This document shows, piece after piece, positions 8,390-18,644 of a stretch of DNA of 64,000 nucleotides. The stretch's first letter is position 1. Every line of letters starts with the position of its first letter. This stretch comes from Alphaproteobacteria bacterium (lineage in GTDB: Bacteria; Pseudomonadota; Alphaproteobacteria; SP197), in contig OZ245842.1 of assembly GCA_965228895.1 (NCBI GenBank), forward strand, positions 800,001-864,000, written 5' to 3'. The notes below the pieces were generated by a model that was given only the letters and a program-made list of their open reading frames with translations, did not search any database and had not been told where the DNA came from. Position numbers and translations under genes: made by a program.

Positions 8390-9865
8390 TCAACCGAACA
8401 TCAGTTTGATTGCCCAAGGCAGGTAGAGGCTGATCAGGACGACGGCGGCCAGATTGATCAGGAAACCCGCGCGCGCCATCTGACCGGCGCTCACGGCGCC
8501 GCTGCCATAGACGATGGCGTTGGGCGGGGTCGCCACCGGCAGCATGAAGGCGCAGCTTGCCGCCACCGCGACCGGCGCGGCGAGGTCAATCGGGCTGACG
8601 CCCAAGGTCAGGGCGAGTGCGCCGGCAATTGGGATGAAGGTCGCGGAGGTCGCGGTGTTGCTGGTGATCTCGGTCAAAAAGACGATGATAAGGACCGCCA
8701 TGCCGGTGATGAGCAGAACCGGCCATGTCATGAGGTTCTCAAGCCCATGACCGATCCACTCGGCAAGACCCGACGTCTCGATCGCGTCGGCAAGCGACAG
8801 ACCGCCGCCCAACAGAATCAGCACTCCCCAGGGAACACGCTTGGCGCTCTCCCAGTCGAGCAGACGCGGGCCGTCCGATCCGCCTGACGGCATCACAAAA
8901 AGCAAAACCGCCGCGCCGATGGCGACGCTCGTGTCGCTGACGACGCCAGGACCCAGGACGAGGTCGATAAGGGGACCCGTGATCCACAGAACAGCGGTGA
9001 TGGCAACGACTAGCGCCACGCGAATTTCGCCCGCTGACATGGGTCCCAGTGACCGATGTTGTTCTGCGATAACCGAGGCCGCACCCTCAATCCTGCCACG
9101 CGGCAGGCGGCAGACGATACGGCACAAGATGAACCAGCCTGCGGCCAGCAGCGCGATACTGAGCGGCAGGGCGACGGCCATCCAGGCGGCAAATCCGACA
9201 TGGATGCCAAAACTCTCCGCCATGACGGCGGCGACCAGAGCGTTCGGCGGCGTGCCGATCAAGGTAGCGACGCCGCCTATGCTGGCGGCATAGGCAAGGC
9301 CCAGCAGCAAGGCGATGGGAAAGACGCCGCCGGCTTTTTCCTTGTCGTCGTGCAACAGGGCAATTACCGAGATCACGATTGGTAGCATCATGAGCGTTGT
9401 CGCGGTGTTCGACACCCACATGCTCAGGCCCGCTGCGGTGGCCATGAACCCGCCAACCAGGATGGCGGGCCGTTCCGGCAGGCGCACCAGCATGGCAAGC
9501 GCGATGCGCCGGTGAATCCCCACCCGCTCAACGGCGAGCGCGATCAGGAATCCACCCAAGAACAGGAAGATCAGTTGATTGCCGAAGGGTGCCGTGGCTT
9601 CGACCACCGTGCTGTCACCCGTCGCGGGCAATACGACAACTGGCAACAGCGCGGTGGCCGGCAGCGGCACCGCTTCGCTCATCCACCAGACCGCCATCCA
9701 CAGCGCCAGCCCGGCAACGTGCCAGCCCGTCTCGGGCAGCCCTTGCGGTGGCGCCAGAACGAGTGTCAGAAGGAAAAGCGCCGGGCCCAGGGCCATGCCG
9801 GTGTGCCGCACTAAGGCGGCATGGCGGTGCGGGCGGTCGGGCGTAGCGGTGTCGGGTTCGAACAT
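8390..9865 (-). CDS. DASS/SLC13 family anion (dicarboxylate/sulfate) transporter
   Basis: WVSNTAT, IGTPPN, TEITSNTA, FMLPVATPPNAI; many TM helices; start uncertain (9865 or 9916). Confidence 0.92.
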   Translation of the reverse strand: MFEPDTATPDRPHRHAALVRHTGMALGPALFLLTLVLAPPQGLPETGWHVAGLALWMAVWWMSEAVPLPATALLPVVVLPATGDSTVVEATAPFGNQLIFLFLGGFLIALAVERVGIHRRIALAMLVRLPERPAILVGGFMATAAGLSMWVSNTATTLMMLPIVISVIALLHDDKEKAGGVFPIALLLGLAYAASIGGVATLIGTPPNALVAAVMAESFGIHVGFAAWMAVALPLSIALLAAGWFILCRIVCRLPRGRIEGAASVIAEQHRSLGPMSAGEIRVALVVAITAVLWITGPLIDLVLGPGVVSDTSVAIGAAVLLFVMPSGGSDGPRLLDWESAKRVPWGVLILLGGGLSLADAIETSGLAEWIGHGLENLMTWPVLLITGMAVLIIVFLTEITSNTATSATFIPIAGALALTLGVSPIDLAAPVAVAASCAFMLPVATPPNAIVYGSGAVSAGQMARAGFLINLAAVVLISLYLPWAIKLMFG

Positions 9866-9997
9866 GGCATCGGAGCCTAATGCAACGGGCTGTCCATGGC
9901 CCTTGACCTGAATCATGGGGTCACGCTAAGTCGCGCCGGACTGGCCGGCGCACCATATGCTAGGCTATGTGGATCTTAACACCGGGAAGCACCGCCT

Positions 9998-11419
9998 ATG
10001 TTCGATAGCTTAAGCGGCAGGCTTAACGACATTTTCGACCGCATGCGCCGGCGCGGCGCCCTGCGCGAAGACGATGTCGGCGCGGCGTTGCGCGAGGTGC
10101 GCGTGGCGCTGCTCGAGGCCGACGTCGCGCTGCCGGTTGTCAAGGAGTTCGTCGCTAAGGTCAAGGAACAGGCGATCGGCCAGGAGGTCCTGCGCGGCGT
10201 CAATCCGGGTCAGATGGTGGTCAAGATCGTCCATGACGAGCTGGTCGCTACTCTGGGCTCGGAAGCAAGCGAGCTCAATTTGGCGGGTAACCCGCCGGTC
10301 GCGATCATGATGGTCGGTCTGCAGGGTTCCGGTAAGACGACCTCGACCGCGAAGATCGCACGCCGCCTGCAGGAGCGTGACAAGAAACGCGTCCTGATGG
10401 CCTCGCTCGATACCCGCCGTCCGGCCGCTCAGGAGCAGTTGAAGGTGCTGGGCGAGCAGGCGGGCGTGGTGACGCTGGAAATCGTGCCCGGTCAGGAGCC
10501 GGTCGCCATCGCCAAGCGCGCCATGGACCAGGGCGCCAAGGGCGGTTTCGACGTCGTCATGCTGGATACCGCAGGCCGCCTGCATGTCGACGACGCGTTG
10601 ATGGCCGAAGCCGCCGCCGTCCGTGATGCGACCGGCCCGATCGAGAGCCTGCTGGTGGTCGACGCCATGACCGGTCAGGACGCGGTCAACGTCGCCCAGA
10701 GTTTCAAGGACACGGTCGGTGTGACCGGCATCGTCATGACCCGGGTCGACGGCGACGCGCGCGGGGGTGCCGCGCTCAGCATGCGCCAGGTCACCGGCTG
10801 TCCGATCAAGCTGATCGGTGTCGGCGAGAAACTCGATGCGCTGGAGGCGTTCCATCCCGACCGCATCGCCGGGCGCATCCTGGGCATGGGCGATGTCGTC
10901 AGCCTGGTCGAGAAGGCCGCTGAGACGATTGAGCACGACGAGGCCGAGCGTTTCCGCAAGAAGTTCGAGAAGGGCCAGAAGTTCGATCTGGAAGATATGG
11001 CGAGCCAGCTTAAGCAGCTGCGCAAGATGGGCGGCATGGACGGGCTGATGAGCCTGATGCCGGGCGTCGCCAAGGCCAAGAAACAGATGAAGGCGGCCAA
11101 GATGGACGACAGCCTGTTGGCCCGCCAGGAGGCGATCTTGTCGTCGATGACGCCGAAGGAGCGGCGCGATCCCCGCTTGATCAACGCTTCGCGCAAACGA
11201 CGGATCGCGGCCGGCGCCGGCGTCGCGGTGCCCGACGTCAACAAGATCCTGAAGCAGTATCAGGAAATGAACTCGATGATGAAAAAGGTCCGCAAGATGA
11301 GCAAGAAGGGCCAGCTGCCCGGCGGCCTGCCAGGCATGCCGGGCGGCGGCGAGATGCCGGCGGACCTGCCGGGCGCCATGCCCGACGGCCTGAAACTGCC
11401 GCCGGGCTTCAAGTTCTAG
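9998..11419 (+). CDS. ffh: Signal recognition particle protein Ffh
   Basis: GLQGSGKTT, DTAGRL, DGDARGGAALS, Met-rich M domain. Confidence 0.98.
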   Translation: MFDSLSGRLNDIFDRMRRRGALREDDVGAALREVRVALLEADVALPVVKEFVAKVKEQAIGQEVLRGVNPGQMVVKIVHDELVATLGSEASELNLAGNPPVAIMMVGLQGSGKTTSTAKIARRLQERDKKRVLMASLDTRRPAAQEQLKVLGEQAGVVTLEIVPGQEPVAIAKRAMDQGAKGGFDVVMLDTAGRLHVDDALMAEAAAVRDATGPIESLLVVDAMTGQDAVNVAQSFKDTVGVTGIVMTRVDGDARGGAALSMRQVTGCPIKLIGVGEKLDALEAFHPDRIAGRILGMGDVVSLVEKAAETIEHDEAERFRKKFEKGQKFDLEDMASQLKQLRKMGGMDGLMSLMPGVAKAKKQMKAAKMDDSLLARQEAILSSMTPKERRDPRLINASRKRRIAAGAGVAVPDVNKILKQYQEMNSMMKKVRKMSKKGQLPGGLPGMPGGGEMPADLPGAMPDGLKLPPGFKF

Positions 11420-11449
11420 GTAGATTCGCTTCAGCATTGACCGGTGCCA

Positions 11450-11512
11450 GCCCACTCCCCCTCCCGGCCACCCATGGCAGCATCCTCGGGGTGGCCGGGA
11501 GGGGGAGTGGGC
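11450..11512. repeat. 24-bp perfect inverted repeat (REP-like hairpin) between ffh and rpsP
   Basis: GCCCACTCCCCCTCCCGGCCACCC (11450-11473), 15-nt loop, GGGTGGCCGGGAGGGGGAGTGGGC (11489-11512). Confidence 0.85.
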
Positions 11513-11700
11513 CGGTGATGCGCCGTGTCTGGCCCTTGGCCGGACCACAATCCAACCAAAACCAACACTTGCGATTCCCCTGCAGCGGCTTTATGTAGCC
11601 GCTCCGGTTTCCAGATTTATGAGCAGTTTCTCAGGCGGCATGCTGGGATCGCAGCCGATTTCGGCGGTTTTCGCTTGAGAAACAAGAGGATAGACGACGT

Positions 11701-12207
11701 ATGGCCTTGAAGATTCGCCTTTCCCGCGGTGGCGCCAAGAAGCGCCCGATGTACCGAATCGTGGTCGCCGATTCCAGGCGCGCCCGCGACGGCCGCTTTA
11801 TCGAGCGCCTCGGCCTTTATCAGCCGATGCTGGCCAAGGATGATCCCGAGCGCCTGACCATGGACACGGACCGCATCAAGTATTGGCTCGACAAGGGCGC
11901 GACGCCGACCGACCGGGTCGCGATTTTCCTGGGCTCTGCCGATATCATCCCGATGCGGACCCGCACCAAGGGCAGCGGTAAGCAGAAGATCCGCGAGGAA
12001 GAGGCCGCCAAGGCGGCCGCGGAGGCCGAAGCCGAGGCAAAGGCCGCCGCCGAGGCTGAAGCCGCGAAGGCCGCGGAAGCCAGCGAAGAGGCGTCTGAGG
12101 CGCCTGCCGAGGCCGAGGAAGCACCGGCCGAGGAGGCACCTGCCGAGGCCGAAGCCGCGCCTGCCGAGGAGCCCGCCGAGGATGGCGAGGAGAAGCCGGC
12201 CGGCTGA
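11701..12207 (+). CDS. rpsP: 30S ribosomal protein S16 with long Ala/Glu/Pro-rich C-terminal tail
   Basis: [35 protein letters not shown]. Confidence 0.97.
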   Translation: MALKIRLSRGGAKKRPMYRIVVADSRRARDGRFIERLGLYQPMLAKDDPERLTMDTDRIKYWLDKGATPTDRVAIFLGSADIIPMRTRTKGSGKQKIREEEAAKAAAEAEAEAKAAAEAEAAKAAEASEEASEAPAEAEEAPAEEAPAEAEAAPAEEPAEDGEEKPAG

Positions 12208-12751
12208 ATCCCAGGCGCCGTCTGACGACGGTGCCGGCGACTGGGTTTGCATGGCGGTCATCGGTGCGCCCAAAGGCGTCCGTGGCGCTCTCAAGATTAC
12301 CTGTTTCAGCGAAGAGCCCGACAGTGTCGTGGCCTATGGACCGCTCTCCGTGGGACCGGGCGAGCGGACGTTGACACTGCACCTGCTGGAACGCCTCAAA
12401 AACAACCAGATCGTGGTCGCCATCGACGGTATCGAGGATCGTGATGCCGCCGCCGCGCTGACCGGTACCCGGCTCTATCTGCGCCGCGCCGACCTGCCGG
12501 AGCCCGAGGATGACGACGAGTTCTATTTCCACGATCTGATCGGCCTTGCGGTCCAACATGTCGACGGCCATGCGATCGGCCGGGTGACCACGGTTCACGA
12601 TCACGGCGCCGGCGCCTTTCTGGAGGTCTTGCCGGATGGCGCAAACAAGACCGTGATCATCCCCTTTACCCGCGAGGCCGTGCCGGTGGTCGATCTGGAG
12701 CACGGCAAACTGGTGGCCAACCCGCCGGCCGGTCTGATGGATGATGGCTGA
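12182..12751 (+). CDS. rimM: 16S rRNA processing protein RimM
   Basis: [39 protein letters not shown]; operon position; start uncertain. Confidence 0.93.
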   Translation: MARRSRPAESQAPSDDGAGDWVCMAVIGAPKGVRGALKITCFSEEPDSVVAYGPLSVGPGERTLTLHLLERLKNNQIVVAIDGIEDRDAAAALTGTRLYLRRADLPEPEDDDEFYFHDLIGLAVQHVDGHAIGRVTTVHDHGAGAFLEVLPDGANKTVIIPFTREAVPVVDLEHGKLVANPPAGLMDDG

Positions 12752-13466
12752 AAACCGGCAGAAAACCTGGACGGCGACGGTGCTGAGCCTGTTTCCGGAG
12801 ATGTTCCCGGGTCCGTTGGGTGCATCGCTACCGGGCAAGGCGCTGGAATCCGGCCTGTGGGCGCTGGAAACGGTGGACATTCGCGATTTTGCGCGTAATA
12901 AACACCGCTCTGTTGACGACAGCCCCTTCGGCGGCGGGCCAGGCATGGTGATGCGGCCCGACGTTTTGGCCGCAGCGATCGATGCCGTGGCCGGCGAGGG
13001 GGAGGACGAAGCGCTGATCTACCTGACCCCGCGTGGCAAACAGCTAACGCAAGCGCGGGTGAGGGAATTGTCCCGGCTTCGCCGTCTCACCATCGTCTGT
13101 GGCCGTTTCGAGGGCGTGGACGAACGGGTGATCGAGGCGCGGGAGATGGAGGAGATCTCGATCGGTGATTTCGTGCTGTCGGGCGGAGAACCGGCGGCTA
13201 TCGCCTTGATCGATGCCTGTGTGCGTTTGCTGCCAGGCGTCGTCGGTGCGCCGCAAGGATTGGACGAGGAGAGTTTCGAAGGCGGATTGCTGGAGTATCC
13301 GCACTATACGCGCCCCAACCCCTGGGAGGGACGCGACGTGCCGGAGGTTCTGCTGTCGGGTCACCACGAGAAGGTCCGCCAGTGGCGCCAGCAGGAAGCC
13401 GAAAAAATCACGCGCCGGCGTCGACCGGATTTGTGGCAACGCTATAGGCGCGATCACGACACCTGA
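12744..13466 (+). CDS. trmD: tRNA (guanine-N1)-methyltransferase TrmD
   Basis: [47 protein letters not shown]. Confidence 0.97.
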   Translation: MAENRQKTWTATVLSLFPEMFPGPLGASLPGKALESGLWALETVDIRDFARNKHRSVDDSPFGGGPGMVMRPDVLAAAIDAVAGEGEDEALIYLTPRGKQLTQARVRELSRLRRLTIVCGRFEGVDERVIEAREMEEISIGDFVLSGGEPAAIALIDACVRLLPGVVGAPQGLDEESFEGGLLEYPHYTRPNPWEGRDVPEVLLSGHHEKVRQWRQQEAEKITRRRRPDLWQRYRRDHDT

Positions 13467-13506
13467 TAGGAAACATGCCGGCAGGCCGCGGCTGGAGGAA
13501 TTTGAG

Positions 13507-13896
13507 ATGAACGTTGTCGAAACGATCGAGCAGCAGCAGATCGACAAACTGACCGCCGACAAGGCGATCCCCGAGTTCGCGCCGGGCGACACGGTGCGTG
13601 TCGCCGTGCGCGTCATCGAAGGCACGCGCGAACGTGTCCAGAACTATGAGGGCGTGTGCATCGCGCGTAAGAACCGCGGCCTCAATTCGTCCTTCACGGT
13701 GCGCAAGCTTTCCTACGGTGAAGGCGTGGAGCAGGTCTTCCCGCTTTATTCGCCGCGCATTGCCGGCATCGAGGTGGTGCGCCGCGGCGATGTGCGCCGC
13801 GCCAAGCTTTATTACCTTCGTGGACGTACCGGCAAGGCGGCCCGTATCGCCGAGAAGCGTGAGGACCGTACGAAGAAGACCGATAACGGCGCCTGA
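13507..13896 (+). CDS. rplS: 50S ribosomal protein L19
   Basis: [32 protein letters not shown]; start at ATG 13507 after GGAGG. Confidence 0.97.
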   Translation: MNVVETIEQQQIDKLTADKAIPEFAPGDTVRVAVRVIEGTRERVQNYEGVCIARKNRGLNSSFTVRKLSYGEGVEQVFPLYSPRIAGIEVVRRGDVRRAKLYYLRGRTGKAARIAEKREDRTKKTDNGA

Positions 13897-13963
13897 CACG
13901 CGCGCCGGGTGCAGCCGGCGACACCGTCGGTCGCCAGAAAAACGACGGAGTTGATCAGACACC

Positions 13964-15373
13964 ATGACCAAACCGCGCACGCTGTTTGACAAGATCTGGG
14001 ACGATCACGTCGTCGCCCATAATGGTGACGGCACACCGGTCATCTATATCGACCGCCACCTCGTGCATGAGGTGACCAGCCCACAGGCGTTTGAAGGTCT
14101 GCGCAATCACGGCCGCCGGGTACGCCGGCCCGCCGCGACGCTGGCCGTTGCCGACCACAACGTCCCGACCCACGACCGCGCACTCGGCATTGACGATGAG
14201 GAGTCGTGCATTCAGGTCGAGACCCTGACGATGAATTGTGAGGCGTTCGGCGTCGAGCTCTTCGGCATGAACGATCCGCGTCAGGGTATCGTGCACATTA
14301 TCGGGCCGGAGCAGGGTTTCATTCAGCCGGGCATGACCGTGGTGTGCGGTGATAGCCACACCTCGACCCACGGCGCATTCGGCGCGCTCGCCTTCGGTAT
14401 CGGTACCAGCGAGGTCGAACACGTCCTGGCGACCCAGACCATGGTCGAGGACAAACCGAAGAACATGTTGGTCAAGGTCGACGGCGATGTGCCGCTCGGC
14501 GTCACCGCCAAAGACGTGGTGCTGGCGATCATCGGTGCCATCGGCACCGCCGGCGGTACCGGCCACGTTATCGAGTTTGCCGGATCTGTCATTCGCGGGC
14601 TTTCCATGGAAGGCCGCATGACGGTTTGCAATATGACGATCGAAGGCGGTGCGCGCGCCGGCCTGATTGCGCCCGACGACACGACCATCGACTACGTCAA
14701 GGGCCGTCCGATGGCGCCGACCGGCGATCACTGGGACCAGGCCGTCGCCTACTGGCGGTCGCTGCCCAGCGACGAGGGCGCGCATTTCGACAAGCAGGTT
14801 TTCCTGGACGCGGCTGACATCGAACCGCAGGTGACGTGGGGGACGAGCCCCGAAAACGTCCTGCCGATCTCCGGCCGCGTGCCCGACCCCGCCGATTGTG
14901 CCGAAGACCATCACCGTGACGCCATGGTGCGCTCATTGAACTACATGGACCTGAAGCCCGGCACGCCGCTGGACGGCATCACGATTGACCGCGTCTTCAT
15001 CGGCAGCTGCACCAACGGCCGCATCGAAGACTTGCGCGCCGTCGCCGAGGTCGCCAAGGGCCGCAAGGTCGCCGATAACGTGAACGCCATGGTGGTGCCC
15101 GGTTCCGGGTTGGTGAAGCAGCAGGCCGAAGAAGAGGGCATCGCGCAGGTGCTGGTCGATGCCGGTTTTGATTGGCGCGAACCCGGCTGTTCCATGTGCC
15201 TGGCGATGAACGCCGACAAGCTTGAGCCCGGCGAACGCTGCGCCTCGACCTCGAACCGCAACTTCGAAGGCCGTCAAGGCCGCGGCGGGCGCACCCATCT
15301 GGTCAGCCCGGCCATGGCGGCGGCGGCCGCGATTGCCGGTACACTGACCGACGTTCGCAAACTGGTTGGCTGA
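13964..15373 (+). CDS. leuC: 3-isopropylmalate dehydratase large subunit
   Basis: [47 protein letters not shown]. Confidence 0.98.
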   Translation: MTKPRTLFDKIWDDHVVAHNGDGTPVIYIDRHLVHEVTSPQAFEGLRNHGRRVRRPAATLAVADHNVPTHDRALGIDDEESCIQVETLTMNCEAFGVELFGMNDPRQGIVHIIGPEQGFIQPGMTVVCGDSHTSTHGAFGALAFGIGTSEVEHVLATQTMVEDKPKNMLVKVDGDVPLGVTAKDVVLAIIGAIGTAGGTGHVIEFAGSVIRGLSMEGRMTVCNMTIEGGARAGLIAPDDTTIDYVKGRPMAPTGDHWDQAVAYWRSLPSDEGAHFDKQVFLDAADIEPQVTWGTSPENVLPISGRVPDPADCAEDHHRDAMVRSLNYMDLKPGTPLDGITIDRVFIGSCTNGRIEDLRAVAEVAKGRKVADNVNAMVVPGSGLVKQQAEEEGIAQVLVDAGFDWREPGCSMCLAMNADKLEPGERCASTSNRNFEGRQGRGGRTHLVSPAMAAAAAIAGTLTDVRKLVG

Positions 15374-15384
15374 GGGAGACGATT

Positions 15385-15990
15385 ATGGACAAGTTCACCA
15401 CGTTGACCGGGATCGCCGCGCCCTTGCCGATGATCAACGTCGATACCGATATGATCATTCCCAAACAGTACCTGAAGACGATCAAGCGCACGGGCCTTGG
15501 CAAACATTTGTTTGACGAAATGCGTTTCACGCCGGACGGCAAGGAAGTCCCTGAGTTCATCTTGAACCAGGATGCCTACCGCAAGGCCGAGATCCTGATC
15601 GCCGACGAGAACTTCGGCTGTGGCTCCAGCCGTGAACATGCGCCGTGGGCGCTGCTCGATTTCGGCATCCGCTGCGTCATCGCGCCGAGCTTCGCTGACA
15701 TCTTTTTCAACAACTGCGTCAACAACGGCATCCTGTGCATCGAGCTGCCCGACTGGGAAGTTCACCGCTTGCTCGCCGATGCCGGGCTTGGCGCCAACGC
15801 CCGTTTTACAGTTGATCTGGAAGCGCAGACGATAACCCGTCCCGACGGTGAGACGATCGAGTTCGACATCGACGCCGCCCGCAAGCACCGCCTGTTAAAT
15901 GGCCTTGACGAGATCGGCCTGACCATGCAGATGGACGATCAGATCTCCGACTTTGAATCCGAACGCGATAAGAAGCATCCCTGGGTGTGA
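15385..15990 (+). CDS. leuD: 3-isopropylmalate dehydratase small subunit
   Basis: [28 protein letters not shown]. Confidence 0.98.
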   Translation: MDKFTTLTGIAAPLPMINVDTDMIIPKQYLKTIKRTGLGKHLFDEMRFTPDGKEVPEFILNQDAYRKAEILIADENFGCGSSREHAPWALLDFGIRCVIAPSFADIFFNNCVNNGILCIELPDWEVHRLLADAGLGANARFTVDLEAQTITRPDGETIEFDIDAARKHRLLNGLDEIGLTMQMDDQISDFESERDKKHPWV

Positions 15991-16354
15991 ACGCCACGCG
16001 CGAACGGCGGACGACTGTGTCGAACCTACGCCGTGGACCGTAAGTCTTCTCTCGACATCGCGACGTCGAGCAGTGCCGTCACCCGCTATGTTGGCATGCG
16101 TGTGGGGCGCATGACGATCAGCGCGCGAGTAGCGCTGAAATTTGCAGCTAGCGTTCAAGGGGCGATGGCCCTCGAACCAACCCTACTTTGAGTGGTGTCG
16201 TCGGCATGTTTGTTGGTTGTCGAAAAACTCCTACCATTCCCCGTGATGCGCTGGTAGGGGATGCGACACGGGCGGCTCTGGGGCAAAGCTGGCGCGTCGC
16301 ATCTGCGTCAAAGATCTACCCGTACATAGACTGTCCTGGTTTGGGGGGAACACA

Positions 16355-17464
16355 ATGACAGCCAACAAGCAGCTGCTGATGCTGCCTGGCGATGGCATCG
16401 GCCGTGAGGTCATGGCCGTGGCGGAACGTGTGGTTGACTGGTATGCCAAACGCCGGTCGCTTCAATTCGATGTCGAACACGATCTGATCGGTGGAATCTC
16501 GTTCGATACGCACGGCACGCCGTTGACGGACTCGGCGCTCGAGCGCGCCAAGCGAGCTGATGCCGTGCTGCTGGGTGCTGTCGGTGGACCCCAATGGGAT
16601 GGTCTGGCGCGTGAGCACAAACCGGAGACCGGCCTCCTGAAGATCCGCAAGGAGATGGGTCTTTTCGCGAACTTGCGCCCGGCCCTCGTTTTCCCAGCTT
16701 TGGCGGAAGCCTCGACCCTCAAGACCGAGCTGGTGTCGGGCCTCGACATCATGGTCGTGCGCGAATTGACCGGCGGTATCTATTTTGGCGAACCGCGTGG
16801 CATCGACGATCTGGGTGGTGGCGAACGCAAGGGCTTCAACACCATGGTCTACACGACCGAAGAGGTGCGGCGCATCGCCCGTGTCGCCTTCGACCTGGCC
16901 AAGAAACGGAGTGGCCGCGTGTGCAGCATCGACAAAGCCAACGTGCTGGATGTTTCCATGCTGTGGCGCGAGGAGGTCATCAAGCTGCACCAGGAAGAAT
17001 ATGCCGACATCGAGCTATCGCACATGTATGTCGACAACGCGGCCATGCAGTTGGTGCGCGATCCCAAGCAGTTCGATGTCATCGTTACCGGCAACATGTT
17101 CGGCGACATTCTTTCGGATGCGGCCGCGATGCTGACCGGTTCGCTCGGCATGTTGCCGTCGGCGTCGTTGGGTGCGGAGGTTGGCGGTCGCATTCCGGCA
17201 CTCTATGAACCCGTCCACGGTTCGGCACCGGACATCGCCGGCAAGGACATAGCGAACCCGCTTGCGACCCTGCAGAGCTTTTCGATGATGCTGCGGTACT
17301 CCTTCGACTTGGGCGAGGAGGCGCAACTGCTGGAGACCGCAATCGAACGTGTGCTGGCCAGCGGTTTGCGAACCGCCGACATCATGCAGGACGGCAAGGC
17401 GCGGGTGTCGACCAGCACCATGGCCGACGCCATCTTGCGCGAGCTCGACAAGGCTGCCGACTAG
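16355..17464 (+). CDS. leuB: 3-isopropylmalate dehydrogenase
   Basis: [43 protein letters not shown]. Confidence 0.98.
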   Translation: MTANKQLLMLPGDGIGREVMAVAERVVDWYAKRRSLQFDVEHDLIGGISFDTHGTPLTDSALERAKRADAVLLGAVGGPQWDGLAREHKPETGLLKIRKEMGLFANLRPALVFPALAEASTLKTELVSGLDIMVVRELTGGIYFGEPRGIDDLGGGERKGFNTMVYTTEEVRRIARVAFDLAKKRSGRVCSIDKANVLDVSMLWREEVIKLHQEEYADIELSHMYVDNAAMQLVRDPKQFDVIVTGNMFGDILSDAAAMLTGSLGMLPSASLGAEVGGRIPALYEPVHGSAPDIAGKDIANPLATLQSFSMMLRYSFDLGEEAQLLETAIERVLASGLRTADIMQDGKARVSTSTMADAILRELDKAAD

Positions 17465-17469
17465 TCTCG

Positions 17470-18243
17470 TTAGGGCGTGTTCACCGTCAGGTGCGTGCCT
17501 GAATCGACAACCAGCAACTGGCCGGTGACGCCCGGCGCGCCGCCGGCAAACCAGGCGACTGAATCGGCGACATCCTCGGCGCTCACAAGATGTTTCAGCA
17601 TCGATAGCTCGCGAACCCTGCCACGGAACGTTTCATAGGCAGCCGGCTCCATACGCTGCGCCGACCAGCGGGTGTCGACGTAGCCGGGGCACACCGCGTT
17701 GACCCGAACCTCCGGCGCCAGAATGCGCGCCAACGACATGGTGAGCGTGTTGAGCGCGCCCTTCGAGGCGGCGTAGACGACCGAGCTGCCGTAGCCCGAA
17801 AAACCTGAATGGGATGAGATGTTGACGACGCTGCCGTGCGACGCGCGCAACGCCTGTTCGGCCGCGCGCGCCATCTGAAAGGCGCCCCGGACGTTGACGC
17901 TGATGACCTTCTCGAAGTCCTCGGCGGTCACTTCGTCCATCTGATCAAGCGGTACATAGCGTGTGATCCCCGCATTGTTGACGAGGGCGTCGACCCGACC
18001 CCAACGGCCAAGCGCCGCATCGACCATGGACCGGCATACGGCATCGTCGGTGACGCTGCCTTGCTGAATGAAAAAGTCGGCGCCGGCGTCGCGGCACAAC
18101 CGGGCCGTTTGCTGAGCGTCAGCTTCGCTCCTGGTGAAATTGATGACGACGTTCCATCCGTCTGAGGCCAGACGGCGTGCGCTCGCCGCGCCGATGCCGG
18201 TGGCCGAGCCGGTGACGATGGCGACCTTGCGTTGGCCTGTCAT
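17470..18243 (-). CDS. Short-chain dehydrogenase/reductase
   Basis: TGSATGIG, NNAG, YAASK. Confidence 0.92.
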   Translation of the reverse strand: MTGQRKVAIVTGSATGIGAASARRLASDGWNVVINFTRSEADAQQTARLCRDAGADFFIQQGSVTDDAVCRSMVDAALGRWGRVDALVNNAGITRYVPLDQMDEVTAEDFEKVISVNVRGAFQMARAAEQALRASHGSVVNISSHSGFSGYGSSVVYAASKGALNTLTMSLARILAPEVRVNAVCPGYVDTRWSAQRMEPAAYETFRGRVRELSMLKHLVSAEDVADSVAWFAGGAPGVTGQLLVVDSGTHLTVNTP

Positions 18244-18358
18244 GGATCCTCGTCGCGTCCGTGTCGATATCTGTCGAATGCATCAGGATGGCCCAGGCGA
18301 CGCGCTGGGTCGAGCCTGCGCGCCGGCTTTAGGGCTGGATGGGTAGGTCCTTTGGGCC

Positions 18359-18387
18359 TTGCACATTGGACCGACTGACGCCATATT
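18359..18387 (+). promoter_or_regulatory. Putative sigma70 promoter of the asd leader
   Basis: TTGCAC (18359-64), 17-nt spacer, CATATT (18382-87). Confidence 0.55.
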
Positions 18388-18429
18388 CCGCGCAGCTGAC
18401 AAGCGATTCGAGTGAGTTTGGATTCCGTG

Positions 18430-18528
18430 ATGAACGTTCGTTTCACCTTACCGGTCGATCTGGCCGCCGCCCTTGGCGGTGCCGCCATGACCAAAACCAC
18501 GACCAAAACCCCGGTAGTGAGGCGCTGA
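18430..18528 (+). CDS. Putative asd attenuator leader peptide (32 aa; a 13-aa version from ATG 18487 is also possible)
   Basis: MNVRFTLPVDLAAALGGAAMTKTTTKTPVVRR*; Met/Thr/Lys codon cluster at 18487-18510 just before the RNA hairpins. Confidence 0.75.
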   Translation: MNVRFTLPVDLAAALGGAAMTKTTTKTPVVRR

Positions 18529-18586
18529 CCACCGGCCCGGTCAGCGTGCCATAAGATGAACCAAGGGGCCGGAAGGCCCCTTTTTT
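18523..18586 (+). terminator. Attenuator: pause hairpin, antiterminator and Rho-independent terminator upstream of asd
   Basis: CGCTGACC(18523-30)/GGTCAGCG(18539-46); CCGGCCC(18532-38)/GGGCCGG(18566-72); AAGGGGCC-GGAA-GGCCCC-TTTTTT (18563-86). Confidence 0.82.
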
Positions 18587-18644
18587 GTTGCTTTGATTGT
18601 AGGATAACCGCCCAGGCTGGCTCGGGCGGCGAAAGGAGAGGGTG

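Noticed and set aside
13897-13963. Possible leucine attenuator before leuC
   Set aside because: No Leu-rich leader ORF and no terminator with a U-tract in this 67-bp gap.
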